NCBI GenBank assembly: GCA_051294905.1
Contig: CM119372.1
Coordinates: forward strand, 13,082,001-13,146,000
Reading direction: 5' to 3'
Length of the DNA stretch: 64,000 nucleotides
From: Botryllus schlosseri
Taxonomy: Eukaryota
Made by a program: the position numbers and the translations under genes. Shown piece by piece: positions 49,511-61,787 of this stretch. Under the pieces are notes generated by a model that was not told the DNA's origin, ran no database searches, and saw nothing but the letters and a program-made list of their open reading frames with translations. The stretch's first letter is position 1. Each line of letters opens with the position of its first letter.

Positions 49511-52500
49511 TCACGACGGAATGACTTTGAGAACAACTCGGCCTTTAGCGAGTTTCAACACGTTAACCGCCTCCTCATGACTGCATCCGTCGACCAGTTG
49601 TCCATTCACGGTTATGATTCGATCCCCTCTTTTCAGTCTGCCGTCGACGGTAGCAGCACCGGCGTCGAAAATAGACTTGACAAAAATTGGCAGATCCCCA
49701 TGCACTGACCCGATTCCTCCCACGATGCTGAATCCCAGCCCGTCGCTGCCTCTGTTCAGTACTATCTCGACCGCTTCCGATGATTCGTAAGCAGTGTCGG
49801 AAGTAGTAGCCGGCACGAAGCTTTCGGATTTAGGCCTGGGCGTCGATTTCTTTTCTTGAGGCTGCGTCGTGAGATACTCGGCCAAAGCCTGCATGTCCTG
49901 CCCGCCTTGTTTTACAGTCAACCTGACCACACGATGTGACACGGACGCTTTCAGCATGTTTGCCACGTCCTCGTGCGTCCTGTCGTGTGTAGACTCTCCG
50001 TTGATGCTTAGTATCTTGTCGCCTTTCTCTAGTTTTCCAGACGCTGCTCCGCTCGAAGACACCATAGCCACAAAGACCGGAACATTACCAAGAGGCGACC
50101 CAACGCCTCCTGATATACTGATACCGAGAGGTTGAGACGGGCCCTTGCGTATTTCCACGTGGCGTTCGCCGTCATGAGAATGCTGATCTGATATTTCCTC
50201 GTCATACGCATTGCCGCTCTCTGAAAACACTCGGGCAGCGGGAATTGGCGCATGTAAAGATCTTTGAAATCGGAAGTGTACTGTCCCGGAGGCCGTTTTC
50301 AGCATGGTTGCTACGTCAGCCTGAGTGGCTTGCGTCACGTCTACATCGTTCACAGACAAGAGTTGATCTCCTGGCGTGATCGAACCTTCGTTAGCCGCCA
50401 CGCCACCGTGGACTACGTCGCTGACAAACACTCCGCCTCCGGACGATTTTCCGAGTATGCTCAGTCCTAGACCCCTGTCCGGTTTTTTGTCCAAGAACAC
50501 ATCGTAGGTGAACGAGTCCAATTTCTGCGGGTCGTTGTTTTCGTTCCGCAAAACCGTAAGCACTACCCTGCCGGGAGTGTTCCGCAAGACTTCGATTGCG
50601 TCATCGTGAGTCGCTGACCTCAAATCATGCTCATTGACTTGCAGGATTCTGTCTCCGGGCCATATTCGACCGTCCCTGGCAGCTGCACCTTCCTCGTAGA
50701 CGGCATGGACGAATACCGATCCCAAAAGCGAGTCCGCACCGCCCACTATACTGAGTCCTAACCCCGAATGTCCTTTGCTGATCTCTATTGTAGTTTCACG
50801 GCCGCTGACGATCGGACACACGGCAGGATCCGTCTGGCTCGAGCTGGTTTGATCCGGATCAGGCGGGTCGGCGGCAACGGTCAGTTTCACCGTTCCACGA
50901 GATTCCTTCAACACTTTCACCGCGCTTTCGTACGACATCCCATCCAGCGACTTGTCGTCCACGGCAACGATGTAGTCGCCACGCTTCAGCCTGCCGTCCC
51001 GGTCCGCGGTACCATCAGCGGCTATCGACTGCACCACGATGCCGTCGCCCGTTTCCGAAATCGCGAATCCGAGACCTTGAAAGTCCTTGACCAGCTTGAT
51101 GGTTTTCGTTTTCGGTTGCGGGGGACCCGACTCGGAACCGGCCGAGCCCCGGCTGCTGCTTCTGGAAGACCTGGGTTTTTGCGTCTCGTCCGAAGTACGG
51201 CGACTTTTACGATCTGATATATCGCGAGGCCCTGCTTTCGAACTGGAGCGATCTTCGGATATCGAATTTGAAGAGCCTGACGAAAGCCTCGACGAATTCG
51301 CGGCTTTGCTTCTCAACAGCACGATTCGAAGACTTGACTCAGCGCTTTTGATAACGGCTGAAGCCCGTTGGTGGTTATTAGGTCCCGTCACTGATACGTT
51401 GTTTATCTCGAGTATCTCATCGCCGACAACGATCCTGCCGTCTTTGGCCGCAGCCCCGTTAGGATCGACAGCTATCACGTATATTCCCCGAAGAGATTTA
51501 TCTTTGTTACCAGCGAGGCCCAAACCCAAACCGCCCGATCCTTTCTGCAAGTCAACAATGTGCACCACTCCGTTGACGTTCTTGTATTTATCTTTCATGT
51601 CGGAACTTTCGTTCCGAGCCGGTTCTTCAAACTTTGATCGTAAAACGTTTACGTTTTTAGGCTGTTCCGTCTCAGATTCCGACGATGCAGGCGAATTCGT
51701 GGCGGGAGGCGGAACTCCGTCTTTGTAAGCCTGCACAAAGTTTTTGGGAACGTACACGATCGTCACGTCGGAGCTGAACCTGGAATGATTGGTGATCAAC
51801 GCTCGCGCCTGCATCGCTCCCAAACCGACGCAGGAGTCGTTATTTATCCTCCTGATGACATCGCCTAATTTCGGCCTCCTTGCTCTATGAACAGCCAAGT
51901 TGGCGTTTATCGATCCCACGACAAGCCCGTCACCGTCACGATCAGGGCTGACAGTTATACCCAGTCCTTCGCGGCCTTTACTTATTTGCACCTTCTTTTC
52001 GTACAGTTCGGCCGATATTGGCATTCTCTTGTTATCCTCGGCCACCTGCCACGACGGAGCGGTGTATCGCGGTCTAGGAGCGGCTTTAGGAGGAAAAACA
52101 TCAGGCTCTGGTGATTTTAGTGGCGAAATGGGCGGTTCGAACGATTTCTGAGATTCCGCCGGGCTAATAGGCGACGTCAAACTACTCGTAATGGCAATCG
52201 CCGTCATTCCCGACACCTGTATCTGTTTCACCTCCATCGTGCGATCTTCAGAAGACTGCGTGGTGATGCTGGACGATCGCCTGTGCGACGCGTTAGTTGA
52301 AGATTGACTGTCTCTCGAGGTGAATGTCGTAGGTGGATTGCGTTCGTTCGGCGACCGAACTGACGGCTTCGGTCGCTCTTCCAATTTCTTGAATTCGGCC
52401 AATTGCGCTTGACGCTGCAATTCCTTTTTGTACTCGAGCGCCAGTTGTTTCTGCAATTCCTCCGCCCTTTCAAATTCGGCCAATTGAGCTTGCCGTTTCA

Positions 52501-55309
52501 TTTCCTCCTCACGATCAGCCCGTTGCTTCTGCAGTTCTTCCGTCCTTTTGAATTCGTCCAACTGCGCCTGACGCTTCATTTCCTTTTCGCGTTCCAGAGC
52601 CTGCTGCCTTTGCAATTCTTCCGCTCGTTTCAATTCTTCCAATTGCGCTTGACGCTGTTGTTCTTTTTCATGCTCAATAGCCTGTTGCCTTCGCAATTCT
52701 TCCTCTCGTTTTAATTCGACCAGCTGCGCTTGGCGTCTCATTTCGTTTTCGCGCTCGACAGCTTGCTGTCTACGCATCTCTTCTTCGTAGTCTTCTTCAT
52801 CTGAAGAGCTAGACGTTGAGTACCTATCCTGAGGCACTGGTGGAGGTGGAGGTAAGGGTTCTACAAACAGCTGACTCTTTCCATCTTCTTTACTTTCCAG
52901 TTGTATTTCCTTCTCTTGCAACACTTTGAATTCCGGCTTCGGTTTTGCTACACCAATCCTTACTAATCCAGGTGCAACACTCTTTAACACATTAACAACA
53001 GTTTCCAGCGTGTGATTTTTCAGCGGGACATCATTTACGAACATGACCTTGTCGCCGGGCTCCAGCCGGCCGTCTCTGTGCGCGACGCCATCTGGCACAA
53101 TCGAGCGAACCAGTATCGCGGTGCGCTGCGGATTAATCGGATCTTGGAAGTCGAGAATGCTAAAGCCGAGACTTTCGTCGCCCTTTTCGAGGTCGATGAA
53201 GGTTATTTCTTCTTCCCAAGCGCTGTCGGGATCAGGCGCCATAACATTCATACTCAAAGAATGTGAAGACGATTTCATAGTGTTTTCTTCCGGCGCCGAA
53301 TCCGAACTACTACTCGAGTAGGAATCCTCTTTTTCTTGATGATAAGACAAAGCGTTCTCTTCTGCGTTCATCCTTCTCTCGATATACTCCCCTTCGCGTT
53401 CCTCCAAGATAACAGAGTCGCGTTTCGACTTTGGAATGACCGGCGCGTTATGCGGTCTGGCGCACACAATACAGACGTTCAACGGGAGGTCTTTGATCAC
53501 CGTCACCACCTGACGCAAACCCAATATTCTCGTTCGATTGACTTCTAACAATTCATCGCCGGGGAGAAGCATTTTCGATCGCGCCACCGGGCCTTCAGGC
53601 AGCAGCGATCTGATGTAATGGTGAGGCTGATTACCTTCGTCGATCACGCCTTCGAGATTAATCCCGAGCCCGCTCGTGATGCTGAATTTCTTGATTTGCG
53701 CAATCACGACCTCGTATTCAGGACCGACGATAGCCTCCCATTCCGTCCGTATTTGATCGATTTCCGACGAATTCAAGACATCGCCGTGGTCCTGCTCGAT
53801 TTCGCCCCAAGGAGCGTTGATATCGGGAAGACTGTTGCTGTCAGCACTGGAGTCATCACGGCGGTTATCTTCTTTCGGACGGCCGACAGTTAACCTGACT
53901 ACAGTACCAGTTTTACGCAAAACTTCGACGGCCTCTTCGCTCGATATGTTAGGCGTATCCAACCGACGTCCGTCCACAGCTACAATGACGTCACCTGGGT
54001 GAATTCTGCCATCGGCATCGGCCGCGGATCCAGGCGAAACACTCTTCACATAAATTCCAGACATGCCCTCTTTGTCGGTCCCGTCTTCTTGCATGAATCC
54101 CGCAATCGTGATGCCAAGCCCTTTCGAATCTTTCACGAGCTCCACATTGTGATACTCGAGGTTGCTCGTGATAGGCGGACCGACGCTAGACTCCTCTTCG
54201 GATAAACTCACACTGACCGACGAAGATCGCGAATGAGGCGTCTCGTAATCGTTGTCGTGTTCACTGTGATTGTCATCTTCCGCCTGCGTGTCATCTTCTA
54301 CCGAATTCCGGGCAACGACAAGTCTGACAACACTCCCGCATTGGCGCAGCACTACGGCGGCCTGTTCAGATCCCATATTGCGGAGGTCTGTGTCTCCGAT
54401 TCTGAGTATGTGATCGCCAGATCGTAGCCGGCCATCGCCGTGTGCGGCCCCGCCCGGTACGATTGTCTTCACAACTACACCCCCGGTTGCTTTCCCCCCA
54501 ACAATCCCAAAACCCAATCCTTTTCCATCGTTGATCAACTCGATAGTTTCTATTTCCCCCCATTCCGTATCGGGAAGGTTTCCGGAAGCCTGCGACAACG
54601 AACTAGCTACTGACGACGACCTGGATAGTTGAGGGCTGCCGTTAGCGTTTCGCTCCTGCGGAATTCCACCCCTGGCGACTGTCAGATCGACGATTCCGCT
54701 AACGCGCTGCAAAATACCAATAGCTTGCTGATGCGATATGTTTGGCGCCAGAGGCTGATTGTTGATCACCAGGATTTGGTCGCTTTCTTTTAATCTTCCG
54801 TCGCGGTCGGCAACTCCGGCGGGTTTAATATCTTGCACGAATATTCCGAGATCGCCTCTGTGTTCCGATCTAAGGCCGACGACACTAAATCCAAGACCTT
54901 CATTCTCAGACTTGACAAGACTGATTTTTTCGGTCTCTCTTCCTTGCGCGGCTTGCTCCACAAATTCGTTCATTTCGTTTTCATCGTCTTCGCTATCATC
55001 GAAGCTGCTGTAACTATCATACTCCCGTTCGGTTTCGACCTCAATTTTTTTTCCGCCGAGAGTCAGCCCGCCGACTTCGGGAGAAAAATCCAGTTTGCTA
55101 ACATTAAAACCCGGATTGTGGACTTCCTTCTTGAGCTGTTTCATCGAGTTTTGTAACTTGGCCGTTTCTCGAAACCCTGGATTCTGCAGTAGATTGAGCA
55201 GCTGCTGTATCGCGGCCGAGTGTTTCGATAGCGACTTCTTCTGCAGGACGCCATCTTGAAGACGGGCGAGAATGTCGGCGCATCTCTCGAAATCGGTTTC
55301 AGTAGGCAT
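49511..55309 (-). CDS. MPDZ: Multiple-PDZ polarity scaffold (MPDZ/MUPP1/PATJ family): L27 + 12 PDZ + coiled-coil repeats, intronless CDS
   Basis: Single 5.8-kb ORF, probable ATG at 55309; N-terminal L27-like LLNLLQNPGF...LQNSMKQLK; first PDZ GLGFSVVGLRSEHRGDLGIFVQ; 12 GLGF-type loops counted by eye. Confidence 0.92.
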   Translation of the reverse strand: MPTETDFERCADILARLQDGVLQKKSLSKHSAAIQQLLNLLQNPGFRETAKLQNSMKQLKKEVHNPGFNVSKLDFSPEVGGLTLGGKKIEVETEREYDSYSSFDDSEDDENEMNEFVEQAAQGRETEKISLVKSENEGLGFSVVGLRSEHRGDLGIFVQDIKPAGVADRDGRLKESDQILVINNQPLAPNISHQQAIGILQRVSGIVDLTVARGGIPQERNANGSPQLSRSSSVASSLSQASGNLPDTEWGEIETIELINDGKGLGFGIVGGKATGGVVVKTIVPGGAAHGDGRLRSGDHILRIGDTDLRNMGSEQAAVVLRQCGSVVRLVVARNSVEDDTQAEDDNHSEHDNDYETPHSRSSSVSVSLSEEESSVGPPITSNLEYHNVELVKDSKGLGITIAGFMQEDGTDKEGMSGIYVKSVSPGSAADADGRIHPGDVIVAVDGRRLDTPNISSEEAVEVLRKTGTVVRLTVGRPKEDNRRDDSSADSNSLPDINAPWGEIEQDHGDVLNSSEIDQIRTEWEAIVGPEYEVVIAQIKKFSITSGLGINLEGVIDEGNQPHHYIRSLLPEGPVARSKMLLPGDELLEVNRTRILGLRQVVTVIKDLPLNVCIVCARPHNAPVIPKSKRDSVILEEREGEYIERRMNAEENALSYHQEKEDSYSSSSSDSAPEENTMKSSSHSLSMNVMAPDPDSAWEEEITFIDLEKGDESLGFSILDFQDPINPQRTAILVRSIVPDGVAHRDGRLEPGDKVMFVNDVPLKNHTLETVVNVLKSVAPGLVRIGVAKPKPEFKVLQEKEIQLESKEDGKSQLFVEPLPPPPPVPQDRYSTSSSSDEEDYEEEMRRQQAVERENEMRRQAQLVELKREEELRRQQAIEHEKEQQRQAQLEELKRAEELQRQQALEREKEMKRQAQLDEFKRTEELQKQRADREEEMKRQAQLAEFERAEELQKQLALEYKKELQRQAQLAEFKKLEERPKPSVRSPNERNPPTTFTSRDSQSSTNASHRRSSSITTQSSEDRTMEVKQIQVSGMTAIAITSSLTSPISPAESQKSFEPPISPLKSPEPDVFPPKAAPRPRYTAPSWQVAEDNKRMPISAELYEKKVQISKGREGLGITVSPDRDGDGLVVGSINANLAVHRARRPKLGDVIRRINNDSCVGLGAMQARALITNHSRFSSDVTIVYVPKNFVQAYKDGVPPPATNSPASSESETEQPKNVNVLRSKFEEPARNESSDMKDKYKNVNGVVHIVDLQKGSGGLGLGLAGNKDKSLRGIYVIAVDPNGAAAKDGRIVVGDEILEINNVSVTGPNNHQRASAVIKSAESSLRIVLLRSKAANSSRLSSGSSNSISEDRSSSKAGPRDISDRKSRRTSDETQKPRSSRSSSRGSAGSESGPPQPKTKTIKLVKDFQGLGFAISETGDGIVVQSIAADGTADRDGRLKRGDYIVAVDDKSLDGMSYESAVKVLKESRGTVKLTVAADPPDPDQTSSSQTDPAVCPIVSGRETTIEISKGHSGLGLSIVGGADSLLGSVFVHAVYEEGAAARDGRIWPGDRILQVNEHDLRSATHDDAIEVLRNTPGRVVLTVLRNENNDPQKLDSFTYDVFLDKKPDRGLGLSILGKSSGGGVFVSDVVHGGVAANEGSITPGDQLLSVNDVDVTQATQADVATMLKTASGTVHFRFQRSLHAPIPAARVFSESGNAYDEEISDQHSHDGERHVEIRKGPSQPLGISISGGVGSPLGNVPVFVAMVSSSGAASGKLEKGDKILSINGESTHDRTHEDVANMLKASVSHRVVRLTVKQGGQDMQALAEYLTTQPQEKKSTPRPKSESFVPATTSDTAYESSEAVEIVLNRGSDGLGFSIVGGIGSVHGDLPIFVKSIFDAGAATVDGRLKRGDRIITVNGQLVDGCSHEEAVNVLKLAKGRVVLKVIPS
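52380..52790 (-). repeat. Coding ~78-nt (26-aa) tandem repeat, about 5 copies, Glu/Arg/Gln-rich helix
   Basis: Recurring RQAQL.E.KR.EEL..Q.A.E.E.E pattern between PDZ5 and PDZ6. Confidence 0.85.
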
Positions 55310-55412
55310 CAGATCATTCCTTTTCGCAACAATAGTCAAAACAGAATATTTTATAGAAACAAAGCATAGATACTAATATGTTCTGCGGTCACGTAAAATG
55401 AAAACACATTTT

Positions 55413-56542
55413 GGGTCAAGTGTAGAATACGGCCAGTGATCCCCATGACCATCACTGATCATTGTTTCACATTACACCAACAAATGCTTCCCATGAACAT
55501 GTCAAAATAAATTGTTGCTTTTTGCCTGTGGCGTGACGGATATTAGGGTTGGGGGAGCATGGATGCTGGGAATATTAGGGTTGCCGGAGGTGGGATATTA
55601 GGGTTGCCGGAGGTGGGATATTAGTGTTGCCAGAGGTGGGATATTAGGGTTGCCGGAGGTAAGATATTAGGGCTGCCGGAGGTGGGATATTAGGGTTGCC
55701 GGAGGTGGGATATTAGGGTTGGTGGAGGTGGGATATTAGGGTTGCCGGAGGTGGGATATTAGTATTGGGTTGCCGGAGGTGGGATATTAGGGCTGCCGGA
55801 GGTGGGATATTAGGGTTGCCGGAGGTGGGATATTGGGGTTGCCGGAGGTGGGATACTAGGGTTGCCGGAGGTGGGATATTAGGGTTGCAGGAGGTGGGAT
55901 ATTAGGGTTGGGGGAGGGGAATATTAGGGTTGGTGGAGGTGGGATATTAAGGTTGCCGGAGGTGGGATATTAGGGTTGGTGGAGGTGGGATATTAGGGTT
56001 GCCGGAGGGGGATATAAGGGTTGGTGGAGGGAGGGATATTTGGGTTGGGGGAGGGGATATTAGGGTTGAGAGATATATATCCATCATCCCAACCATAATC
56101 TTGGGATGGCCTAACCCCAACCCTAATATCCCTCCCTCATCCAACCCTAATATCCCTCCTCCGGCAACCCTAATATACCCCTAACCCTAACATCCCACCT
56201 CCGGCAACCCTAATATCCCCCCTCCGGCAACCCTAACGACCCCCCTCCGACTTCCCTAATATCCCCTCCCTCAACCACCCCTAATATCCCCCCACCGGCA
56301 ACCCTAATATCCCCCCTCCGGCAAACCTAATATACCCCCAACCCTAATATACCCCTAACCCTAATGTCCCCCATCCGCCAACCCTATCCGTCTCTCCACA
56401 GGCAAAATAAAAAACAATTTATTTTGACGTGTTCATGTGAAGCACTATGAGTGTTGACATGTTCATGTGAAACATTGATCGGCGATGGTCATGGACTCAT
56501 GGAGATCACTTTCTCGAAGTGGCCATATTCTACACTTGACCC
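55413..56542. mobile_element. Foldback element with long TIRs and inverted 23-bp TTAGGG-containing minisatellite arms
   Basis: GGGTCAAGTGTAGAATA / TATTCTACACTTGACCC; exact TSD CACATTTT (55405-55412, 56543-56550); left arm (GGGATATTAGGGTTGCCGGAGGT)n ~55545-56070; right arm reverse complement ~56110-56390. Confidence 0.88.
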
Positions 56543-57205
56543 CACATTTTTGAGAGCAATCGCACAATTTTTCTACAGATTGCAGGAATTTTCGCCATTC
56601 AATACTATGCTAGCTCTATAAATGGCTTTGTTATGCATGAATTCCTATACAGTTTTCGTAAAAGTCCTCATTTTTACCAATACAATTATATTCGGTTAAG
56701 TTTCATTGTTAGTATAAAATAAATTTACAATTAAGTCACTTTGAGGCTATACCGGTACCACTAATACATTCTTTTGAAACTGTGTCGCGAGATTCTTCAA
56801 TATAGGTTCTACATATTTTCATCAACCATAAAATCCAAAAGTGTTAGAAGATGGACACAAACTCAAATTCTCGGATACCACATTCCCGTCCATCATCTAT
56901 TCTACGGGAGATTGAGATGTGATTCGAGATACAGAAATGCTTGCTTATTTATTAGTTGAAATGTATATAGCCTAAACCCAGACTGGAAACAGTGGTGGTT
57001 TTCGGCAATGAGTTGCGCGTGACAGAAGGGTTTCTTACATAGAATAATTAAACGGAAAGTTGCGCGTGACGTTACCACCAATTCCACCCTGGGCCTAAAC
57101 CACAAATGATATATAGTAGCCTAACTATAATACTCCCACTTTCATTAATACAGAACACCACAAGATTACGATGGCATGAAAAATAGGACGCAGTCGAAAT
57201 AACTT

Positions 57206-57273
57206 GGAATAGTCAATAAAATGCCTGCTTACAGCATGTGGAATAGTCAATAAAATGCCTGCTTACAGCATGT
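57206..57273. repeat. Exact 34-bp tandem duplication
   Basis: GGAATAGTCAATAAAATGCCTGCTTACAGCATGT twice. Confidence 0.9.
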
Positions 57274-59374
57274 TACCAGTGAACTCTGCATTTGTACGTT
57301 CAATCTGAACTGAAAACCATTCGTTCGAGTAAGGCTACTGTGAAAAGGATTAGTGGATTACAAGCAACTCACGGTATAACATTTTTCTGCAACTAAAATC
57401 GTTACAGATATATGTTAAAAGAATGAGCGTAGCAAACGTAACTAGTCTAAAACTTCATACAATTAAGCGTGATACCGGATTATCATCGTTTTTCTCGCCT
57501 GACTGCTGCCAGTGTCGTGAAAACACACCTAGCATTCCAATCCCCAGTTTTATTTCAGTGTAAATGTGCTAAGTGAACCAGATCCTGTAATTAATCACTC
57601 CGGAGACTCTGGTAAGACTGGTATCTCCCACTATCTCTCCCTGCACTTATTGCCCAATAGCTACAGTTTCTAGTTACATCTGTTTGAATTATATAGCGGT
57701 TTTATAACATGTCTGTATGTAATACTCATTTTCTTCTGGCCCCATCTATCGGGATACCGACATCACATCAGTACGATTGGTCTGGAACCGGAATAGCTGA
57801 TTGCCAGAGATGAGCAATAAGCATAGCAGAGCACCAGAGAGGCAGAACACATAACGTATGTGGAGCATGTTTGGATTTCGGTAAGACGGATCTGAAGATT
57901 TTCGTTTACAACTTTTGTTTGACGTGTGTTGTGGGCGTTTATTACTATTCTTTTGAAACTCAGGTATTCTGTGCTGACTGTTGAGTATGTCTGAGGCGCA
58001 TTTGGTTCGGTACTCACCCTATATTTGTGTTAGTAGTCGGAAATGAATCGAGTCATAACTTGAAGATAGTCACGTTCCTACTTTCCCTATTCTGCATGTA
58101 TTTTCGATTTCGGTATGAAAATTGAAAATTTGATAGTAGCCTACTATTGGCAACAAATTTATATTTTAATGTTGGATCTGGGATCATGATTTTAAATACA
58201 GATCACGTATATATATAGGAACTACATTGAAACATCTTCGGATTTGGATCTAGAGTTCTAGATCTATAGTTGAATGTGAAATTTGAATGTTAACATGGAA
58301 AAGTAATGTTCAAAGGTACTGAAACATATTATAAATTTGATTCCATAAGAAAAAAGTTTGATTTGAAATTTAGCTTACCCAAAATACGCTACCCACAACC
58401 TTAAGGACCCTTACCCTATATACGCTAACCCCAAACTCTAACATTATGGTGACTGATCTTATTTTACATGTGACTGACCTTAGTTTGCATGTAATCAAAC
58501 CAACCCTGTAGGATATTTTACATGCTCAGAGCCGAGGGGGGTGTCTGCTGATTGAAAGACTAATTCAAGTCTTGTTTTGAAGCGATAAAAATATTAATAA
58601 ACAAATGAATGTATGAATGAATATTATATAATTGCAAGCATGCCTAGTGCCTACATAAATCTAAATTCAGCCTTGTGTTTAACTGAACTGAAAATTTGCA
58701 TCACTTGACTTATAATGACATTAAATTTTGTGTGACTCGCGGGTATGGTGACTGCATTCCAACACTGATCCATTGCACTTGGCCACTTCTTTATGCAACA
58801 TGTGCACTGGGTTTTTTCCAATGTGCCTTTACCTTATTACAATTTAGGACAGCCTTGGCAGTACAGCATGTAGGCAAGTCTGTTGCATATAGGCAAGAAC
58901 CCAGCGGTAGGCTATTTCGCGAAGAGCACCAACCCTATTGAACTATATGCAACATATTCTCTGGGCTCTTGACTATATCCAACCTACGGCACCATCTTTC
59001 CTCCTAGAAATTAAGAAAGGTAGCAAGCAAATCTGCAGTGAGAGTAAGCTTACTTGAAAAAAGTATAAATATTTAACATGAAAAATGTAAATTCATTTTC
59101 TCTAGGCACTCAGTTACGCTTTGTCGACTTGCAGTGATAAAATTGTTCCGCTTCTGAGCAATATAGTGAACCATATAGTTTCACATGACCAGTTTTTACA
59201 GTAGAAGTTGGCAGCTCACTTTGTTTCATTTATGAATGTCACAATCGCCAGCTAATTATGATACAGCCCGTTCATTACCATGAAAACCACTCATGAACTA
59301 GCGTATTGCCATTCTGTACTGCAGTTGTGGACATACGCTTTATATTTTGCTCTTGTAATTATCATAGACAACAG

Positions 59375-59900
59375 CAGTAGTTCTCAACCGGGGGTCTGTT
59401 AGGCATTTTAAGCGGGGCCAAATTTGCACAATGCTTGAAAACCTATTTTGTATTTTTTTCAATTAGAGAATTCGTGAGGCAGGTTCGTTTCATAACTGCT
59501 AAACTTCAGGACTCACATGAACAGAATGACCGTCTGAGATGTAGTCTTCTACTGTGCAAACTGAATTTAATTGGCAAATTGCTAAAAGCCTGCTGATGCA
59601 AACATATTGCTGTAAGAGATGTTTTGTTGGGGTTTTGGAAAAAATGAGTTTGCAAAATCCATTTTCTCCTGTGATATACATAACCGCTATTCCAGAATAA
59701 CTTCAAGATGAGCTGCTCGATAGAAATGACTAGGCCAGACGTTATATGTTCTTTAAAAATCCGTTTCACAATTATGGTGCCATATATGTTGCGAACAAAC
59801 CCAAAGGTGTCGGTGGAAGCGTTACGCGTTAATATTACATTCACCACCATATATCTTTGTGGAAATGGATTTTTGGCATTCGTTCATATAACCGCCGACT
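59375..59900 (-). mobile_element. Probable decayed hAT/Buster fragment
   Basis: CAGTAGTTCTCAACCGGGGG terminus; minus-strand ICLHQQAF resembles the hAT CxxH motif region. Right end not located. Confidence 0.4.
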
Positions 59901-60874
59901 CGGATATTCAAAACACGGCCGTGTATTTCAAAAAAATGCAGCTACAGAATTCGCTTTGAAATGATAAGTCTTCCCAATTTCTATACATAAATAGTATGAT
60001 GAACTAAAATAAGATAAGCACAAAATGGAGTGGTGGCTCCATAAAATAGTCTTGAAGTGTTGTCAAAAGACAAACTGTTGAACTCTGGCATGGTGTTTCG
60101 CGAACAAAACGTTGAAATGAATAGTCGAAGTGTGTGCTATCAATTCATGTGTGGCAGTATAGGCCTTATTGATGTTGGGATGGTTCCTATAGAAATAATG
60201 ATATATTTTTGCAATTGCAGTTTGAACAGTCATAATAGCTTAATGAATCAATGGATACCAATGGAGATGACGGAATTAGCTTTTCGTCAAAGGGTAAGAT
60301 AACTTAAAATTGCGGTAGGCTATATTGATGCCTATTTTGTAAATGCATTGTGCATATATTCCACTATCTGATATCAATATATCGAAATTAGTTTACTATA
60401 AGCTGGAAAGACTACTGAGTGGGTAAGTGTAATGTTGTAGAAATTCATCGGTGAAAGTCCATTCAAGAGGAATAATTCCATTGCTATCTTACTACGTTTT
60501 AGACTAGACAATACGTTTGTATATTTTTGTACGGCACTGTCCGGTAGATACACATCAGGGGTGTTGAAAAAAAACATTTATTTTTTTCAAATTTCATCGG
60601 CTTAGTTGTCAAATCGTCAGGTTACCTAAAAAACGTAACACACCAAATTTGACTCAATTCCAACCAGTAGAAGCCGAGGTCAGTCAAATTGAAATTTCGG
60701 TTATTTTTGAAATAATATTATTTACGGTGATAAATTTCGTCACACGGTCATGCTAAAAATCGTGTTCCAGGTATGCCTGAAGAGGCAGGGATGTCTTTTC
60801 CATTTGTTTTTGGTCTTGACAAGGGCCTATGGTGGAGTTTGGATGAAGACATCGCCTATAAACGAAAAAAGATA

Positions 60875-61501
60875 TGACACAGATTAGCTGGAAATTAATC
60901 CACTTAATTGAAGTATCCACATTAAAAGGATCGTGTGATAATTTTCAAATAGAGTACTTTACGCAAAAAGGAAATGAACTTGACAAGCAGGTAAAATACC
61001 GGTAAATGTATTTCTCAGTTGATAGTCATATCCACTATCCAGAAGTATTTTTGTTGTACCAATTGAGATCTCATGAAATCCATCCCACTTATGCAGGGCT
61101 TACCGATGTCTCAATTAGATGGTACAATGATACAATTAGATTATATTCACCGAATATGGAGGATGACATGAAGAGAGGATGTTAACTTTCGATATAAGAT
61201 CTGTCACAATGCCCATGAATCTTATAATTCGCCTGTGAGAGTACTCCAGGAGAGCTGCCGCGCAAGTGATAGAATATCATATAATATCAAATTTTATCGT
61301 GAAGAAATCTACATTGAACCGACAAAGAATATAGATATTGAATATCAGTCGAGAAATTTTTTACCTGTATTTTACGTGCTTGTTATCAGTTCATTTCCTT
61401 TTCGTACTCGTTAATTTCAATGTGCAAAGTACTCTTATTTCACAATCGTTTTAACGTGTCTATTTCAATGAAGTGAAGTAATTTCCAGCTAATCCGTGTC
61501 A
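60875..61501. repeat. Imperfect long inverted repeat (old MITE)
   Basis: TGACACAGATTAGCTGGAAATT / AATTTCCAGCTAATCCGTGTCA, with patchy inverted similarity for ~150 bp; no TSD. Confidence 0.6.
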
Positions 61502-61787
61502 CCGTAAACCGGGGTAACTTTGGACACTAAGCAGTAAAAGATTAAAATGGTTATTGATGGAAAAGGGTTGCCGCTGGATGTCTAATTCTTTTTCGTGAGG
61601 CAAGAGTACCACAAGTAATCTCAATAAAAGGTGGATTCATTTCACTACGAGATAAACTTGACCCAACATTGATAAATTAATGGCAGGGGTCAATTTCATC
61701 AAAATTGATGGCCATTAAACTTCTTGTAGCCAAACATAGATAGCATGAAATTCATAGATTCAGACTTGGCAGCAGATACCTCTAAGT

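Noticed and set aside
49869-55156. Many plus-strand ORFs (up to 213 aa) opposite MPDZ
   Set aside because: Typical antisense shadows of a GC-richer coding strand; no independent features.
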